Assembly (NCBI GenBank): GCA_963771175.1
Contig: CAVYSY010000008.1
Location: 32,001-96,000, forward strand
Direction of reading: 5' to 3'
Length of the DNA stretch: 64,000 nucleotides
From: an uncultured delta proteobacterium
GTDB taxonomy: Bacteria > Myxococcota > Myxococcia > Myxococcales > Myxococcaceae
Of this stretch, positions 34,025-44,815 are shown in pieces. The stretch's first letter is position 1. Every line of letters begins with the position of its first letter. Both the position numbers and the translations under genes were made by a program. The notes beneath the pieces were generated by a model. That model was not told where the DNA came from, did no database searches, and saw nothing but the letters and a program-made list of their open reading frames with translations.

Positions 34025-34615
34025 CTACTTCTTCTTCACCGACTCGAGCAGCTTGCGGAAGCCCTTCTCGGCGCCGGCGACGGTGCGCTCGGGGCCGGTG
34101 AGCTTGAAGAAGATGGCGCCCTCGGGGCCCTCGACGATGGCGCCCAGCAGGCGGTAGCCGGGCTTGGGGGCGGAGGGGCCCATCATGGGGCCGCCGCCGG
34201 TATAGGTGCCCTTCACGTCCACGGTGGTGAGGGGCAGCCCGCTGACGGTCTCCTTCTTGGTGCGCGCGTCCTTGTCCGTCACCGGGGCGCCGTCGGCCTT
34301 CTGGAACTGGTTCAGCCAGCGCTTCACGTTGGCGTCCACCCCGCCGCCCTGGCCCTCGCCGAAGTAGAAGATGGCCAGCTCGGCCGCGTCCGTGTCGCCC
34401 TTGGCGGGAGCGATGCGATAGGTGGCCACGCGCATGGGCCGGGCCCCCTGCAGCTCCCAGCCCGAGGGAGCCGTCCAGGTGAGGCCGCCCGCCTCCGAGG
34501 AGGCCTGCGCGGCCGGCTGCTGCTGCGCGTGCGGGGCCTGCTGCGTCTGCTGCGCCTGGGCGTGGGCCGCGCCCACCGCCGCCACCATCGTCATCGCACT
34601 GATCAGTCTTTTCAT
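34025..34615 (-). CDS. Secreted hypothetical protein
   Basis: Signal peptide AHA; WTAPSGW, MRVATY, GGGVDANVKRWLNQF, FFKLTGP. Confidence 0.75.
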   Translation of the reverse strand: MKRLISAMTMVAAVGAAHAQAQQTQQAPHAQQQPAAQASSEAGGLTWTAPSGWELQGARPMRVATYRIAPAKGDTDAAELAIFYFGEGQGGGVDANVKRWLNQFQKADGAPVTDKDARTKKETVSGLPLTTVDVKGTYTGGGPMMGPSAPKPGYRLLGAIVEGPEGAIFFKLTGPERTVAGAEKGFRKLLESVKKK

Positions 34616-34841
34616 GGGGCGGAACCTAACCCGGGAACGCCCCCATGGCACCGGCCCTTTCCCGCTCGACGCAACGAGTCGGACCCCCTGCATGGAACCC
34701 TGGCTCCTCACGGCCGTCCACCAGGGAGTTTCCTGTCTTGAAACCGACGCACCGTGGCCCACATGGCGAGGATGCGGAGCCCCCGGGTACGACCCACATT
34801 GGCCCCCGGATAACTGGACCTTCGCGAGAAAGGACTCGCGC

Positions 34842-36036
34842 ATGAAGAAGACACTCACGGTCGTGACACTGCTCGCCGCCGGCGCCAGCCAGGCGTCGAG
34901 TCTCGCGGTGGACAGCCAAGGCGGCCGAGCCACCGGCATGGGCGCGGTGGGGGCGGCGAGCGCCCGGGACGCCTCCGCCATCTACTACAACCCGGCGGGT
35001 ATCCTCGGAGTGAACAAGCTGGACCTCCAGCTCGGGGACACGCTCATCCTGGCCGACCTGTCCTTCACCCCCGAGGGTGGCTCGAAGGAGGGCAAGCTGA
35101 TGCCCTCCCCGCCGCCCCACGGCTACTTCGCCTACAAGTTCCACGACAAGGTCGCGGCCGGTGTGGGTGTCTTCGTGCCCTACGGCTCCAACGTCAAGTG
35201 GCCGGATGACTTCTCGGGACGCTTCATCGCCCAGGAGTCGAGTCTGCTCACCCTCGACATCAACCCGACGGTGGCCTTCGCTCCGGTGGACTGGATACGC
35301 CTCGCGGCCGGTGTGCAGATCGAGTACGGCTCGTTCGGCCTCACGCAGTTCGTGAGCCCGCTCATCCCTGGCGCGTCGGCGGAACTCTCGGCCACCGCGT
35401 GGGGCTTCGGCTACAACGCGGGCCTCCAGGTGGACGTGGTGAAGGACCTGTTCACCGTCGGGGCGCACTACCGCAGCGAGGTGAAGCTGGGCTTCGAGGG
35501 TGACGTGGACTTCCGGGACGTGCCGCCCCCGGCCGCCGGGCTGGTGCCCCCGGACCAGGACTTCTCGCTGACCTGGAGGATGCCCGCCTCGCTCTCGCTG
35601 GGTGTGTCCGTCACCCCGCTCCCGCGGCTGACACTGGCCGCCGACGCCAACTGGTTCGATTGGGGAAGCACCCAGGCGCTCACCGTCGAGCTTCCAGACG
35701 ACTCCGGAGTTCAGCCAGACGCTGCCAAAGGACTGGCACACCCGGTGGAACTTCCACATCGGCGGCGAGTACGGGGTGACGGACGCCCTGGCGGTGCGCG
35801 CGGGCTTCATCTACGACCCGACGCCCACCCCCGAGGAGACCCTCACGCCGGATATTCCGGACGCCGACCGTCTGAACTTCGCCGTGGGCGCCGGCTACAA
35901 GTTCGGCGCCTTCCGGGCGGACCTGGCCTACCAGCTCGTCGTGCTGCAGGAGCAGCGGAGCACCTTCCCGCTGCTGCCCGGCACCTACGACGGCACGGGC
36001 CACGTGATTGGTCTGACACTCGGCTACTCGCGGTAA
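34842..36036 (+). CDS. OmpP1/FadL outer-membrane fatty-acid transporter (frameshift near 35705)
   Basis: GMGAVG..ARDASAIYYNPAG, INPTVAF, GFGYNAG, RAGFIYDPTP, PDADR. Confidence 0.88.
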
Positions 36037-36074
36037 CCCACCCGCCCTGTCAGGCAGGGTATGAAGGGCAGGAT

Positions 36075-36117
36075 GGGGCTCGGCACTCCCGTGGGTGTCG
36101 GGCCTCGTTCTTTTCTT
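36075..36117 (+). terminator. Intrinsic terminator after the FadL gene
   Basis: GGGGCTCGGCACTC ccgt GGGTGTCGGGCCTC followed by TTCTTTTCTT. Confidence 0.55.
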
Positions 36118-36134
36118 CCCAGAGGTGGAACGAC

Positions 36135-37415
36135 GTGAGCAGTCAGAAGCCCGGACGCAATGACCCCTGCCCCTGCGGCAGTGGCAAGAAGTACAAGGCC
36201 TGCCATGCCTCCGAGGACCGGGCACGCGAGACAGCCGCTCCGCCCGCCGCCCCCGCCCACCCGCTCGCGAGGGACCTGCAGGCGGCGATGGACATGCTCG
36301 GTGAGTCCGACATGTCGCGCGTCTCGGAGACGCTGGGCCATCTGGGCGAGCTGCTGAAGGAGTGGGGACCCGGCCCGGGCCTGCGCTTCGACGCCGAGGG
36401 TTTCGACAAGCACGTGTCCCACGCGCTCGAGCGCCTGGACGAGGCCGTCGAGAGAGAGCCCGCCCAGGCCCGGCACCTGCTGCGCGTGGGGACCGTGCGA
36501 GAGCTGGGCACGCGCGCCTTCCTCGAGCGGCTGCGCGCCACACTGCTGACTCGGGCCACCACGGCCGGCCTCTCCGCCGAGGACCGGCAGGCGCTGTGCC
36601 TGGGCGCGCTGCTCGCCTCCACGCCGAAGAGCGGCAGGTTCCAGCCCGAGGATCGGCCCGTGCTGGACGTGGTGTTCGACGTCCAGTTCCGCGAGTGGAG
36701 CTCCCGCCAGCGCCAGGAGCTGGCCTCGAAGCTGGAGACGCTCGTGTCGGGCGCGAACGACATCTCCGACGAGGCCCGCGACGCGCTCCGCAAGGCGGGA
36801 CAGGGCGAGCTGGAGCCGCTGGTGAAGTACGTGGAGGGGGACCCGAAGCTCGCCGCGCGCATCGCCCAGGAAGCCCGGGAGCGCTCGGCCCGGGTGGAGG
36901 CCGCGATGCGCGAGCCCGCCACGCCGTCCGTCTTCACCCCCGAGGAGCAGATCTGGCTCACCACCGTCCTCTGGGAGCCGATGCGCGCGTTGAAGAATCC
37001 CGAGGGGAACGCGGACGCCCGGCGCGCGGCGGTGACAGGCTTTCTCGGTGCGGCGAAGGCAGCGCTGCGCGATGACAGGGATTTCATCACGGGGATGCTG
37101 GAGCGGATGCGAGCCCAGACCCAGGACACGAAGCTCGACGAGGCGACGCGTGCCTTCTTCAGCGACGCGGCCGTGGCCTTCGAGGCGGAGCCGGTGCGCA
37201 TGGTGCTCGCCGCCATCCTCACCTCTCGCAACGAGGCACAGGCACGCTCGGCCGAGGAGCAGGTGGTGCGCGCGGACCTGGAGGCCCTGACGCAGTGGAC
37301 GCCCGGGGATCTCGAGCCCTACCGCAAGCTGCTCGCGGACATGAACCTGCCCGCCGCCGCCGAGCGCATCCACCGCGCCCAGCTCTGGCTCGCCAGCCAT
37401 CCCGTCTCGGTGTGA
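36135..37415 (+). CDS. SEC-C motif protein
   Basis: GRNDPCPCGSGKKYKACH at the N-terminus followed by a helical body. Confidence 0.85.
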   Translation: MSSQKPGRNDPCPCGSGKKYKACHASEDRARETAAPPAAPAHPLARDLQAAMDMLGESDMSRVSETLGHLGELLKEWGPGPGLRFDAEGFDKHVSHALERLDEAVEREPAQARHLLRVGTVRELGTRAFLERLRATLLTRATTAGLSAEDRQALCLGALLASTPKSGRFQPEDRPVLDVVFDVQFREWSSRQRQELASKLETLVSGANDISDEARDALRKAGQGELEPLVKYVEGDPKLAARIAQEARERSARVEAAMREPATPSVFTPEEQIWLTTVLWEPMRALKNPEGNADARRAAVTGFLGAAKAALRDDRDFITGMLERMRAQTQDTKLDEATRAFFSDAAVAFEAEPVRMVLAAILTSRNEAQARSAEEQVVRADLEALTQWTPGDLEPYRKLLADMNLPAAAERIHRAQLWLASHPVSV

Positions 37416-37510
37416 TGGCCAGCTCCCTCGGGAGCGGGACGCCTTGTCAACGCGCTCCTACAGACATCCCTGTTCGAGCATGTGAGACCCACCCGCCTCC
37501 TGGGCGCGCG

Positions 37511-37549
37511 TTTCAGAAACCTGTCCGACTGTCGGACAGGTTTTTGAAA
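37511..37549. repeat. 39-bp near-perfect palindrome (REP-like element)
   Basis: TTTCAGAAACCTGTCCGAC-T-GTCGGACAGGTTTTTGAAA; 19-bp arms with 1 mismatch. Confidence 0.85.
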
Positions 37550-37575
37550 ACCGCGCCCGGCGGCCCCCTCCTGTT

Positions 37576-37644
37576 CAGCGGATTGGCCGGCAGCTCTCCA
37601 CCCCAGGCACCCGACTCAACAAGCTGGTCACCCGGACCGAGTGA
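37576..37644 (+). pseudogene. C-terminal remnant of an AHH-type nuclease toxin gene
   Basis: QRIGRQLSTPGTRLNKLVTRTE* resembles recalled C-termini of myxobacterial AHH lipoproteins; lies just upstream of an Imm11-like start. Confidence 0.45.
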
Positions 37645-37659
37645 GGCATGGAGTTCATC

Positions 37660-37875
37660 ATGGTGAGGCGGTACTTCGACCTTTACGATGACGTCTACAT
37701 CCCAGGGCGCTGGGAATTGGGCGCCCCGACCGACCAGCACGGCCGGGAAATAGACGATCCATGGCAGTTCGCGGATGGGCGACCGGTGAGCGTCGAGGGA
37801 GGACTCAAGCTCCCCATCAAGCGCCCTGGACAGCCGCTCGACTTTTCCCTCGCCGGACGTGACCCGGCGCGACAC
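37660..37875 (+). pseudogene. Truncated Imm11/DUF1629-like immunity gene
   Basis: MVRRYFDLYDDVYIPGRWELGAPTDQHGREIDDPWQF...PGQPLDFSLAG, then runs into the convergent methyltransferase gene. Confidence 0.6.
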
Positions 37876-37877
37876 GC

Positions 37878-38612
37878 TCAGCCGCGCTGGAACACCAGGA
37901 AGTACTGGTCCGGCAGGAAGTCGTGCGTCTGGGCCTGACGGTAGCCCGCCGCCTCCAGCTCCTCGCGCACCTGCTCGGGCGACAGCTTGTGCTCCGCCGG
38001 CGGTCCCTTCGGCGACTCCTTGCGGAAGTCGATGATCACCACCCGCCCACCGGGGGTCAGCTTCTCCCCCAGCCGCCGCAGCCACGTCACCCGCTCACCA
38101 ATGTGGTGGTACGTGTCCACGATGAGCGCCACGTCCACCGGCTCCGGCAGCTTCGGATCCGCCGGCTCGCCCAGCACCGCCTCCAGGTTGCTCAAGCCCT
38201 CGCGTCGCGCGCGCTCACCCAGGTAGCGGGCCATGTCCGGCTCGACGTCCACGCCGTACACGCGCCCCTTCGGCACCGCCCGCGCCAGCCTCACCGCGAA
38301 GTAGCCCGTCCCCGAGCCGATGTCCGCCACCTTCGCGTCCGGCGCCAGCGCCAGCGCCGCCACCACCTCGTCCGGCTTCTGCCACGCGTCCCGCGCCGGA
38401 TCCTCGAAGCGCTTCGCCCACTCCTCCGCGTCCTCGAAGCGGTGCGGCATCGCACCGTGGTGCTCTCCGTGCCCCTGCTGCGCGTGGGGCCTCGACTCGT
38501 GTCCGGACTCCGCTCCCGTGGAGGACCGGTGGGTACACGCGGCGCTCGACAGGAGCACGGCGGTCCAGAGCAAGAGCGGGAGTCGCTGGGGGGGGAAGAC
38601 ACTCGGGGTCAT
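37878..38612 (-). CDS. Class I SAM-dependent methyltransferase (exported, lipoprotein-like N-terminus)
   Basis: RDAWQKP, VADIGSGTGYF, VYGVD, DTYHH, GGRVVIIDF. Confidence 0.88.
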   Translation of the reverse strand: MTPSVFPPQRLPLLLWTAVLLSSAACTHRSSTGAESGHESRPHAQQGHGEHHGAMPHRFEDAEEWAKRFEDPARDAWQKPDEVVAALALAPDAKVADIGSGTGYFAVRLARAVPKGRVYGVDVEPDMARYLGERARREGLSNLEAVLGEPADPKLPEPVDVALIVDTYHHIGERVTWLRRLGEKLTPGGRVVIIDFRKESPKGPPAEHKLSPEQVREELEAAGYRQAQTHDFLPDQYFLVFQRG

Positions 38613-38678
38613 GGCTGCCTCCGTCAAAGGGGGGCGCCGAGCCTATTCCCCTGGCCGCTCCTGTCCATGGTTCATGCA

Positions 38679-39650
38679 TCAGGGGCAGACGCCGCAATCA
38701 CTCATGCAGCTCTCGGACATGGTCCCGGTCCCGCACTTCTCGGAGATCTGGCAGATGCCATCTCCACACGTGTAGATCTCCTCCTGGCGAATCCGTGTGG
38801 TGATGGGCGCGTAGGCGATGCCGTTGTAGGTGCACGACGTGTAGAACTTCTTCGACGCGTCCGGGGTGCAGAACTTCCCGCACTCGTCGACGAGGCGGAC
38901 CAGCGGCGCGCACTCCTGGCTCGTGTCGTTCTTGACGGACGAGAGGGCGCACCCGCGCGCGGTGCTTTCATCCGCGTGGAGCAGAGAGGAATCACTGGCG
39001 GCGTAGACTCCCTCGTTATTGAAGAGGTTGCCGAAGAAGCACCCCTCCTGCACGACGAACGTCGAGAGTTCGGAGGAGGTGTAGGGAATGGTCACGCCCA
39101 TCGAGCCCCTGCCCAGCACGGAGATGGGCAGCTTGACGCCATATTTGTTGCCATGGGCGGCCAGACAGGCGGAGACGACCTGCTGTTCCTTCACGGTCGC
39201 GGGCTTGCCGCTGGCCCAATCAGGTGCCAGTCCCAGGTTTCCCTGCCACGTATAGCTGATGCCTGTGGCGACGTCGGTGAAGGTTCGCACCTCGCCCGCG
39301 GCGACGGCGCACTGGACGAGATAGCGCATCAGCATGTCGCGCAGCGACGGTTCCTGCTGGAACCAGGCCTGGAACTCACTGGAGCTCAGGCCATTGAACG
39401 CGAGTCCATTGAACGCAAGTCCATTGAACGCGAGTCCATTGAACGCGAGTCCATTGAACGCGAGGCCGTTGATGACAGCCAGGTCCTGGGCCTGGCCGTG
39501 AAGAGCGGGGGGCTCGGGAGGAGCTTCCGCTGGGCCGCAGGCGCTCAGGATGGGTGGCAGGAGCAGCGCCAGGAGGGCCCACGACAGCGAAGCAGCGTTT
39601 CCAGGGCGGGTCCACACTCGGCCAGACACGGCAGTCGTTCGCGCATTCAT
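38679..39650 (-). CDS. Cys-rich lipoprotein with NGLAF pentapeptide repeats
   Basis: Lipobox LSAC; (NGLAF)5-NGLSS; YLVQCA, GLAPDW, SACLAAHGN, EGCFFGNLF. Confidence 0.8.
   Translation of the reverse strand: MNARTTAVSGRVWTRPGNAASLSWALLALLLPPILSACGPAEAPPEPPALHGQAQDLAVINGLAFNGLAFNGLAFNGLAFNGLAFNGLSSSEFQAWFQQEPSLRDMLMRYLVQCAVAAGEVRTFTDVATGISYTWQGNLGLAPDWASGKPATVKEQQVVSACLAAHGNKYGVKLPISVLGRGSMGVTIPYTSSELSTFVVQEGCFFGNLFNNEGVYAASDSSLLHADESTARGCALSSVKNDTSQECAPLVRLVDECGKFCTPDASKKFYTSCTYNGIAYAPITTRIRQEEIYTCGDGICQISEKCGTGTMSESCMSDCGVCP
39391..39470 (-). repeat. 15-bp tandem coding repeat, 5 full copies plus a partial
   Basis: CCATTGAACGCGAGT-type units starting at 39391, 39406, 39421, 39436 and 39451. 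Confidence 0.9.
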
Positions 39651-39899
39651 GTCACAACCTCCCGGAGTGGGGAGCAACGGCCGGGCCCCACACGGACACC
39701 CGACCGAGGCTCCCTGGATGTGCGGATGACGGCTCCGCCACATCAACTTGCTCAACCTATGAAAACCTGGAAGTCCAGGTTGGCTCGAGCACACAGGGAG
39801 TGTGAAGGTGGCGACAGGAAGGCGAGGCGGCTGTGTCTGCTAACGGACCCGGGAAGGTGGTGGCGGAAGTGCTCCCACACGGAGGCTTCTGAAAGAGAC

Positions 39900-41448
39900 T
39901 CAGGGCTCCGGGAAGAGGAGCAGGCCTCGCGAGGTGTCGATGACATACACGTACCCGTCTCCCGGCACGCGCATGCCAATCGCCCCCTCGTAGAAGCTCT
40001 TCCCCCGGCCCGGATCCGCCTCACGGAAGGTGTTGAAGTACGCCACCTCCTTCGGGCTCTCCGGCGTGGACACGTCCAGCACCCTCACCCCGTGCTGGTA
40101 GTGCGCGATGTAGAGCCGCTGGTCCTTCAGCACCATGTTGTGGATGGACGCACTCGCCTCCAGCCTGTACTCGCCCAGCCGCTTCGGGTTCGCCGCGTCC
40201 GTCACGTCTAGCACCCGCAGGTGCGCGCCCCAGTTCTCCCCGCCCTCGAAGGCGATGAGCCGGTCCCCGAACCGCCCCACCGCGTTCGCGTGGCTCGTCG
40301 CGTGGCGGGTAGGTGTACGCCCCCAGCTTCTTCGTCTGGGCCGGGTCGCTCACGTCGACGATGAGGTACCCGCCCGACCAGTGGTTGATGTACAGCCGCC
40401 CGTCGAAGGCCAGCGCGTCATGCGGATAGCCCACCCTCGAGTCGCTGACGGCTCCCGGCTCCGCGTACTCCCCGAGCAGCACCGGCTCCAGGGGCTCGTG
40501 GATGTCGAAGATGAGCGTCTTTGGCGTCGGGCCCGAGGACATGGCGTACAACCGCCCCCCCTCCACGAAAACGGTGTGCACGTTGATCTGCCCCCCTCCC
40601 GGGTAGCCACGCAGCAGTTGCGGATCCGCCGGATTCGAGATGTCGAAGACGATGACGCCCGTGTTCGCGCTCGCCACGTACAGCGCGTTATCCTTCGCCC
40701 ACACCCCGTTCCAGTAGTTGTCCGTCGGCAGGCTGATCGTCTTCTTCAGCACCGGAGCGGTCTTGTCGCTCACGTCGAAGACCGAGAGCCCTCCCCCCTC
40801 GGTGCCGTCGCGGATGGACACCACGTAGGCATGGCCCTGGGTCACATAGATGTCCACGGGCAGGCCCTGCGCCACGAACGACTCGGAGGTGAGCCGCAGC
40901 CCCGAGGCCTCGGCCTCCCCCGCGCGCGGTGCCCACTTCTCCGCCAGGAAGGTGCCCGCGCCGGACACATTGCCGTTGCGGCAGTTGACGAAGCACCCGT
41001 ACAGCCGAGTGCCCTCGGCCCGGCAGCCGACGATGGAGTTGCGCTGGGTGACCGTCGCGGACGTGCTCCGCGTGCTCGACAGGAAGAAGTTGTCCGCGTC
41101 CACCTGCCGCTGCGTCGGCGTGCCCCCACGGAAGGAATCGAGGCTGCCGTCCCCCGAGATGCGGAAGGAGCCCGCGCCGATGGCGGGCGACTCGCCGTCC
41201 CACCGGTACACCATCGTGAAGAGGCCATCCCGTGCCAGTCCGCCCAGCGAGGCTTTTTCACATCCTGAGAGATTGAACGTCGCCTGCTCCCCACAGGCCG
41301 CCGAGGTGTCGGAGAGCAACTCGCACGCGGCGTAGCGGCCGGTGTCCTCCCAGTCCCCCTTCTCTTCCAGCGGCTCCTCGGAGCTGCAGCCGAGCAGCGA
41401 CAGACCTCCGACAAACAGGACCGCACGGGCACTACGCGTCCAACCCAT
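39900..41448 (-). CDS. LVIVD-repeat beta-propeller lipoprotein (frameshift near 40310)
   Basis: Lipobox LLGC; GLSVFDVSD, GVIVFDISNP, YLIVDVSDP, VLDVTD, GVRVLDVSTP. Confidence 0.85.
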
Positions 41449-41640
41449 GTGAGCGTTCCCCTTTCATGACACCGGGCGGGCACGATAGCGCCACCGCCGC
41501 CCCTCTCGGAGGCCGCCCTCCGCGCACGCACAGGGAACGAGCAGGCAGTAGCCCTCTATTGGCCAATCGCCCCGCTCGCGCCGGTATACCGGGTGGCGCT
41601 CGACGTTTATCGTGCGGGCCCCGCCCACGGAGCACTCACC

Positions 41641-42976
41641 ATGAAACTCCTGCCTCCGGTCCGTTGCTGGTTGCTGCTGACGCCGCTCGTGTGGCCCGCC
41701 TCTCCCGCCCTCGCGCACGCGGGCTTTCCCGATACCACCAGCATCGCCGTGCGCCGCGACCACCCCGAGGACATGCTGCTCGGCGCCACCTTCGGCGCGG
41801 TGGTGACCCGCGACAGTGGGAAGACCTGGCGCTGGCTGTGCCCCGAGGGCATCGGCTACGGCGGCTGGAACCCCGAGTCCTACCTCTGGCAGCCCGATGG
41901 CACCCTGCTCGCGGCCACCGGCTCGCAGCTCATCCGCTCGAAAGACGGTGGCTGCACCTGGACGGCGCACGAATACTTCACCTCCCGGAGCCTGTGGCCC
42001 ATGGGGCTCGCGTCGCCCGCGTCCCAGCCCTCGCGCCTGTGGGTGACGACGGCCCGCGCCGCCGTCCCCAACGGAGTCTTCCGCAGCGACGACGGCGGGG
42101 AGAGCTTCATCGCCACCTCGCTGCAGCGTACCGACGCCGTCTTCACCGCCGTGAAGGTGGCCCCCTCGGACACGAAGCGCCTCTACGTCTCCGGCAGCAC
42201 GCCCGACGGACTGCGCCTCTTCCGCAGCGACGACGAGGGCGCCACCTGGGAGGAGATTGCCCAGCCCTTCCCCGAGTACTCCGCCACCTCGCGGCCCTAT
42301 GACCTGTTCGTCCTGAAGGTGGCCGACACCGACCCGAACCGCCTCTGGGCCCGCGTCACCGCGCAGGGCTGGACGTACGTGCTGGAGAGCAAGGACGGTG
42401 GCCGTACCTTCACCTCCGTCATCCACCCCGCCAACCAGACGCAGGACGGGTCTCGACGAGTACCTCATCGGCATCGAGGTCTCCGCCGATGGGAACACCG
42501 TCTGGGCAGCAACCCCCACGCGCCTCTTCCGCTCGCGAAACCGGGAGCCCGCCGTCCTCCTGTCACTCCCCGATGGCAATGCCTGCGTGCAGCGCCAGGG
42601 TGATGGGTCCCTCCTCGTCTGCGGCGCGAGCCGGGTGCATGACTGGGCCCTGGCGCGCACCACCACCGAGGGCGACGCGTACGAGCCCCTCCTCGACCTG
42701 ACCTGGCTCCAGCCCCCCGCGTGCCCCACCGGCACCCCCGTCCAGGACCGCTGCCTGCCGCGCTGGCCACAGTTCGCGCCCACCATTGGCGCCTCGGCCG
42801 AAGAGTCGGACGCCGGCACGCCGGACCCCGGCACACCGGATGCCGGCTCGCCCGAGGACCCGGCGCCTCCGCCCAGGTCGGACGGGTGCTCGACCACGGG
42901 TGGGCTGGTGCCCGCCGCCTGCCTCCTCACCCTTACCCTTCTCCGCCGCTCCCAGCGGCGCAACCCGGAGACCTGA
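41641..42976 (+). CDS. BNR/Asp-box beta-propeller surface protein with MYXO-CTERM-like tail (frameshift near 42450)
   Basis: Asp boxes TRDSGKTW, SKDGGCTW, SDDGGESF, SDDEGATW, SKDGGRTF; linker DAGTPD; tail GCSTTGG..LLTLTLLRRSQRR. Confidence 0.8.
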
Positions 42977-42980
42977 CACC

Positions 42981-43595
42981 ATGAACCCGAGACAGCTCAG
43001 CACCGCCTGCGTGGCCGCCCTCGCCCTCTCCCTGTCCGCCTGCGACTCGAGCGACGCCGAGTGCGGTGAGCCCCTCTACGCCGGCAAGGCGACGGACGAG
43101 GCCTGGCGCTCCATGGTGGACGCACGCACCAAGGCCGCGGACAACTCCCGCGCCGTCACCCTCCTCTCCCCCTCCGAGGGCGAGGTGTACGCGGCCAACG
43201 CCGCCCCGCCCCTCTGGGAGTGGACCTCGCCCCTGCGCGCCTCGCTCCAGCGCTCCGCCCCGGGCGCGCTCGCGCTCGCGGCGCCCCGCCCCACCCGCTC
43301 CTTCACCGCGTGGCTGGGCGAGCTGCTCGTCCCCACCGCCCACGCGCACCTGCCTCCGTATACGGGCGACCTCTACTGGGTGGAGGTATCCACGCCCGGC
43401 GACAAGTGCCCCGTGGCCCAGGTGCTGACCTCGGAGCTGTCCTGGCAGCTCGACGCCAACACGTGGGCCGAGCTGGGCAAGAACACCCAGGCGCTCACCG
43501 TGCAGGTGACGAGCGCCTACCTCGTGCAGAACCGTGTCACCGAGGGCCCCTACCAGCTCGCCACGCCTCGCGCCTTCCGCCGGGAGGCACAGTGA
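42981..43595 (+). CDS. Hypothetical lipoprotein
   Basis: Lipobox LSAC; internal AHAHLPPYTGD; stop overlaps next start. Confidence 0.75.
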   Translation: MNPRQLSTACVAALALSLSACDSSDAECGEPLYAGKATDEAWRSMVDARTKAADNSRAVTLLSPSEGEVYAANAAPPLWEWTSPLRASLQRSAPGALALAAPRPTRSFTAWLGELLVPTAHAHLPPYTGDLYWVEVSTPGDKCPVAQVLTSELSWQLDANTWAELGKNTQALTVQVTSAYLVQNRVTEGPYQLATPRAFRREAQ

Positions 43596-44815
43596 AGCGC
43601 CGACTGCTCACGCTGCTCGCCCCGCTCGCGCTCGGGGCATGCACCGACACCGGGGACACGGTGCCGGAGCTCGACTACGCCATCGACTCGCCGTGGCCCG
43701 CGGGCGAGGAGCTCGCCCCACTGGGTGGCGGGCGCATCGTCGTCACCAACAGCCTCGATGACACCGTGAGCCTGCTGGACCTGGACTCGCTGGGCTCGCC
43801 GGACTGGGGCGAGCTGGCGCGCGTGCCGGTGGGGCTCAACCCCGTGGAACTGGAGGGGCCGCACCATGCCGCCTTCTCCCCTCGCGCCGACTACTACTAC
43901 GTGGGCCTGTCCTATTTCGTGCCCGGTGGCGGCTCGGGCCCGCACGGCACGCATGGCACCGGCACCGCGGACGGCTACTGCCTCAAGCTGGACGCGAAGG
44001 ACAACCGGGTGGTGGGCTCAGTGCGCGTGGACCGCAACCCGGGGGACCTCATCCTCAGCGCGGACGGGCGCACGCTGTACCAGACGCACTTCGACATGCT
44101 GAGGATTACCGAGGTGGCGAAGCGCGGCGGCACCGAGCAGGAGATGGACGCGCGCCTGGCCATCCTCGACGCGGAGACGATGACGCGCAAGGCGATGGTG
44201 CCGGTGTGCCCGGCGCCGCACGCGGTGCGCCTCTCCCCCGACGAGAAGCGGGCCTATGTCGCGTGCATCTCGGACGAGGTGGCCGTGGTGCGGCTGGACA
44301 CCGAGGGCTACCCCGTCACCCGCATCAAGGTGGCGGACAACGCGGGCAGCGCGCTGGCACCCCGGCACGAGCCCTACGCGCTCACCCTGTCGCCCACGGA
44401 CGGCGCGCTGTGGGTGGGCTCGCTGAAGAGCCGCGCGGTCCACTACCTGGACCCGGAGTCGCTCACCATGAAGCCCGAGCGCAGCGTGTACTTCAGCGGC
44501 GCGCCCATGTTCGGCGTCATCACCCCGGACGGCCACACGCTCTACCAGCCCTACCAGACCGTCGACGCGGTGGCGGTCATCGACACGGCCACCTCCAGGG
44601 TGACGCGGGAGATTCCGCTCGCGCCCGCCGGCTGCATCAACGTGCACCAGGTGGAGCTGACGCCGGACGGCAAGCACGGGCTCGCGGTGTGCGAGGGAGA
44701 CCACCAGGGCCCGGGCACGCTCCACGTGCTGGACCTGGAGGCGAACACGGTGGTGAAGACGGTGCAGGTGGGAATCTTCCCGGACTCGGTGGGCATCCTG
44801 CGGAGGAAGCCATGA
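43592..44815 (+). CDS. YncE/YVTN beta-propeller lipoprotein
   Basis: Lipobox LGAC; VTNSLDDTVS, PVGLNPVELEGPHH, GPHGTHG, VCPAPH, VGIFPD. Confidence 0.82.
   Translation: MKRRLLTLLAPLALGACTDTGDTVPELDYAIDSPWPAGEELAPLGGGRIVVTNSLDDTVSLLDLDSLGSPDWGELARVPVGLNPVELEGPHHAAFSPRADYYYVGLSYFVPGGGSGPHGTHGTGTADGYCLKLDAKDNRVVGSVRVDRNPGDLILSADGRTLYQTHFDMLRITEVAKRGGTEQEMDARLAILDAETMTRKAMVPVCPAPHAVRLSPDEKRAYVACISDEVAVVRLDTEGYPVTRIKVADNAGSALAPRHEPYALTLSPTDGALWVGSLKSRAVHYLDPESLTMKPERSVYFSGAPMFGVITPDGHTLYQPYQTVDAVAVIDTATSRVTREIPLAPAGCINVHQVELTPDGKHGLAVCEGDHQGPGTLHVLDLEANTVVKTVQVGIFPDSVGILRRKP

Noticed and set aside
31539..34157. Long antisense ORFs (also 3214-5514, 13300-15117, 15246-17018, 27090-29150, 37923-40211)
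   Set aside because: Shadow frames of real genes, expected at this GC content; no recognisable motifs
34422..37415. 997-aa FadL-SEC-C fusion ORF
   Set aside because: Created by a frameshift near 35705; FadL has its own C-terminus, stop (36036) and terminator
39391..39470. Possible CRISPR-like repeat
   Set aside because: 15-bp units without spacers, in-frame coding, no cas genes
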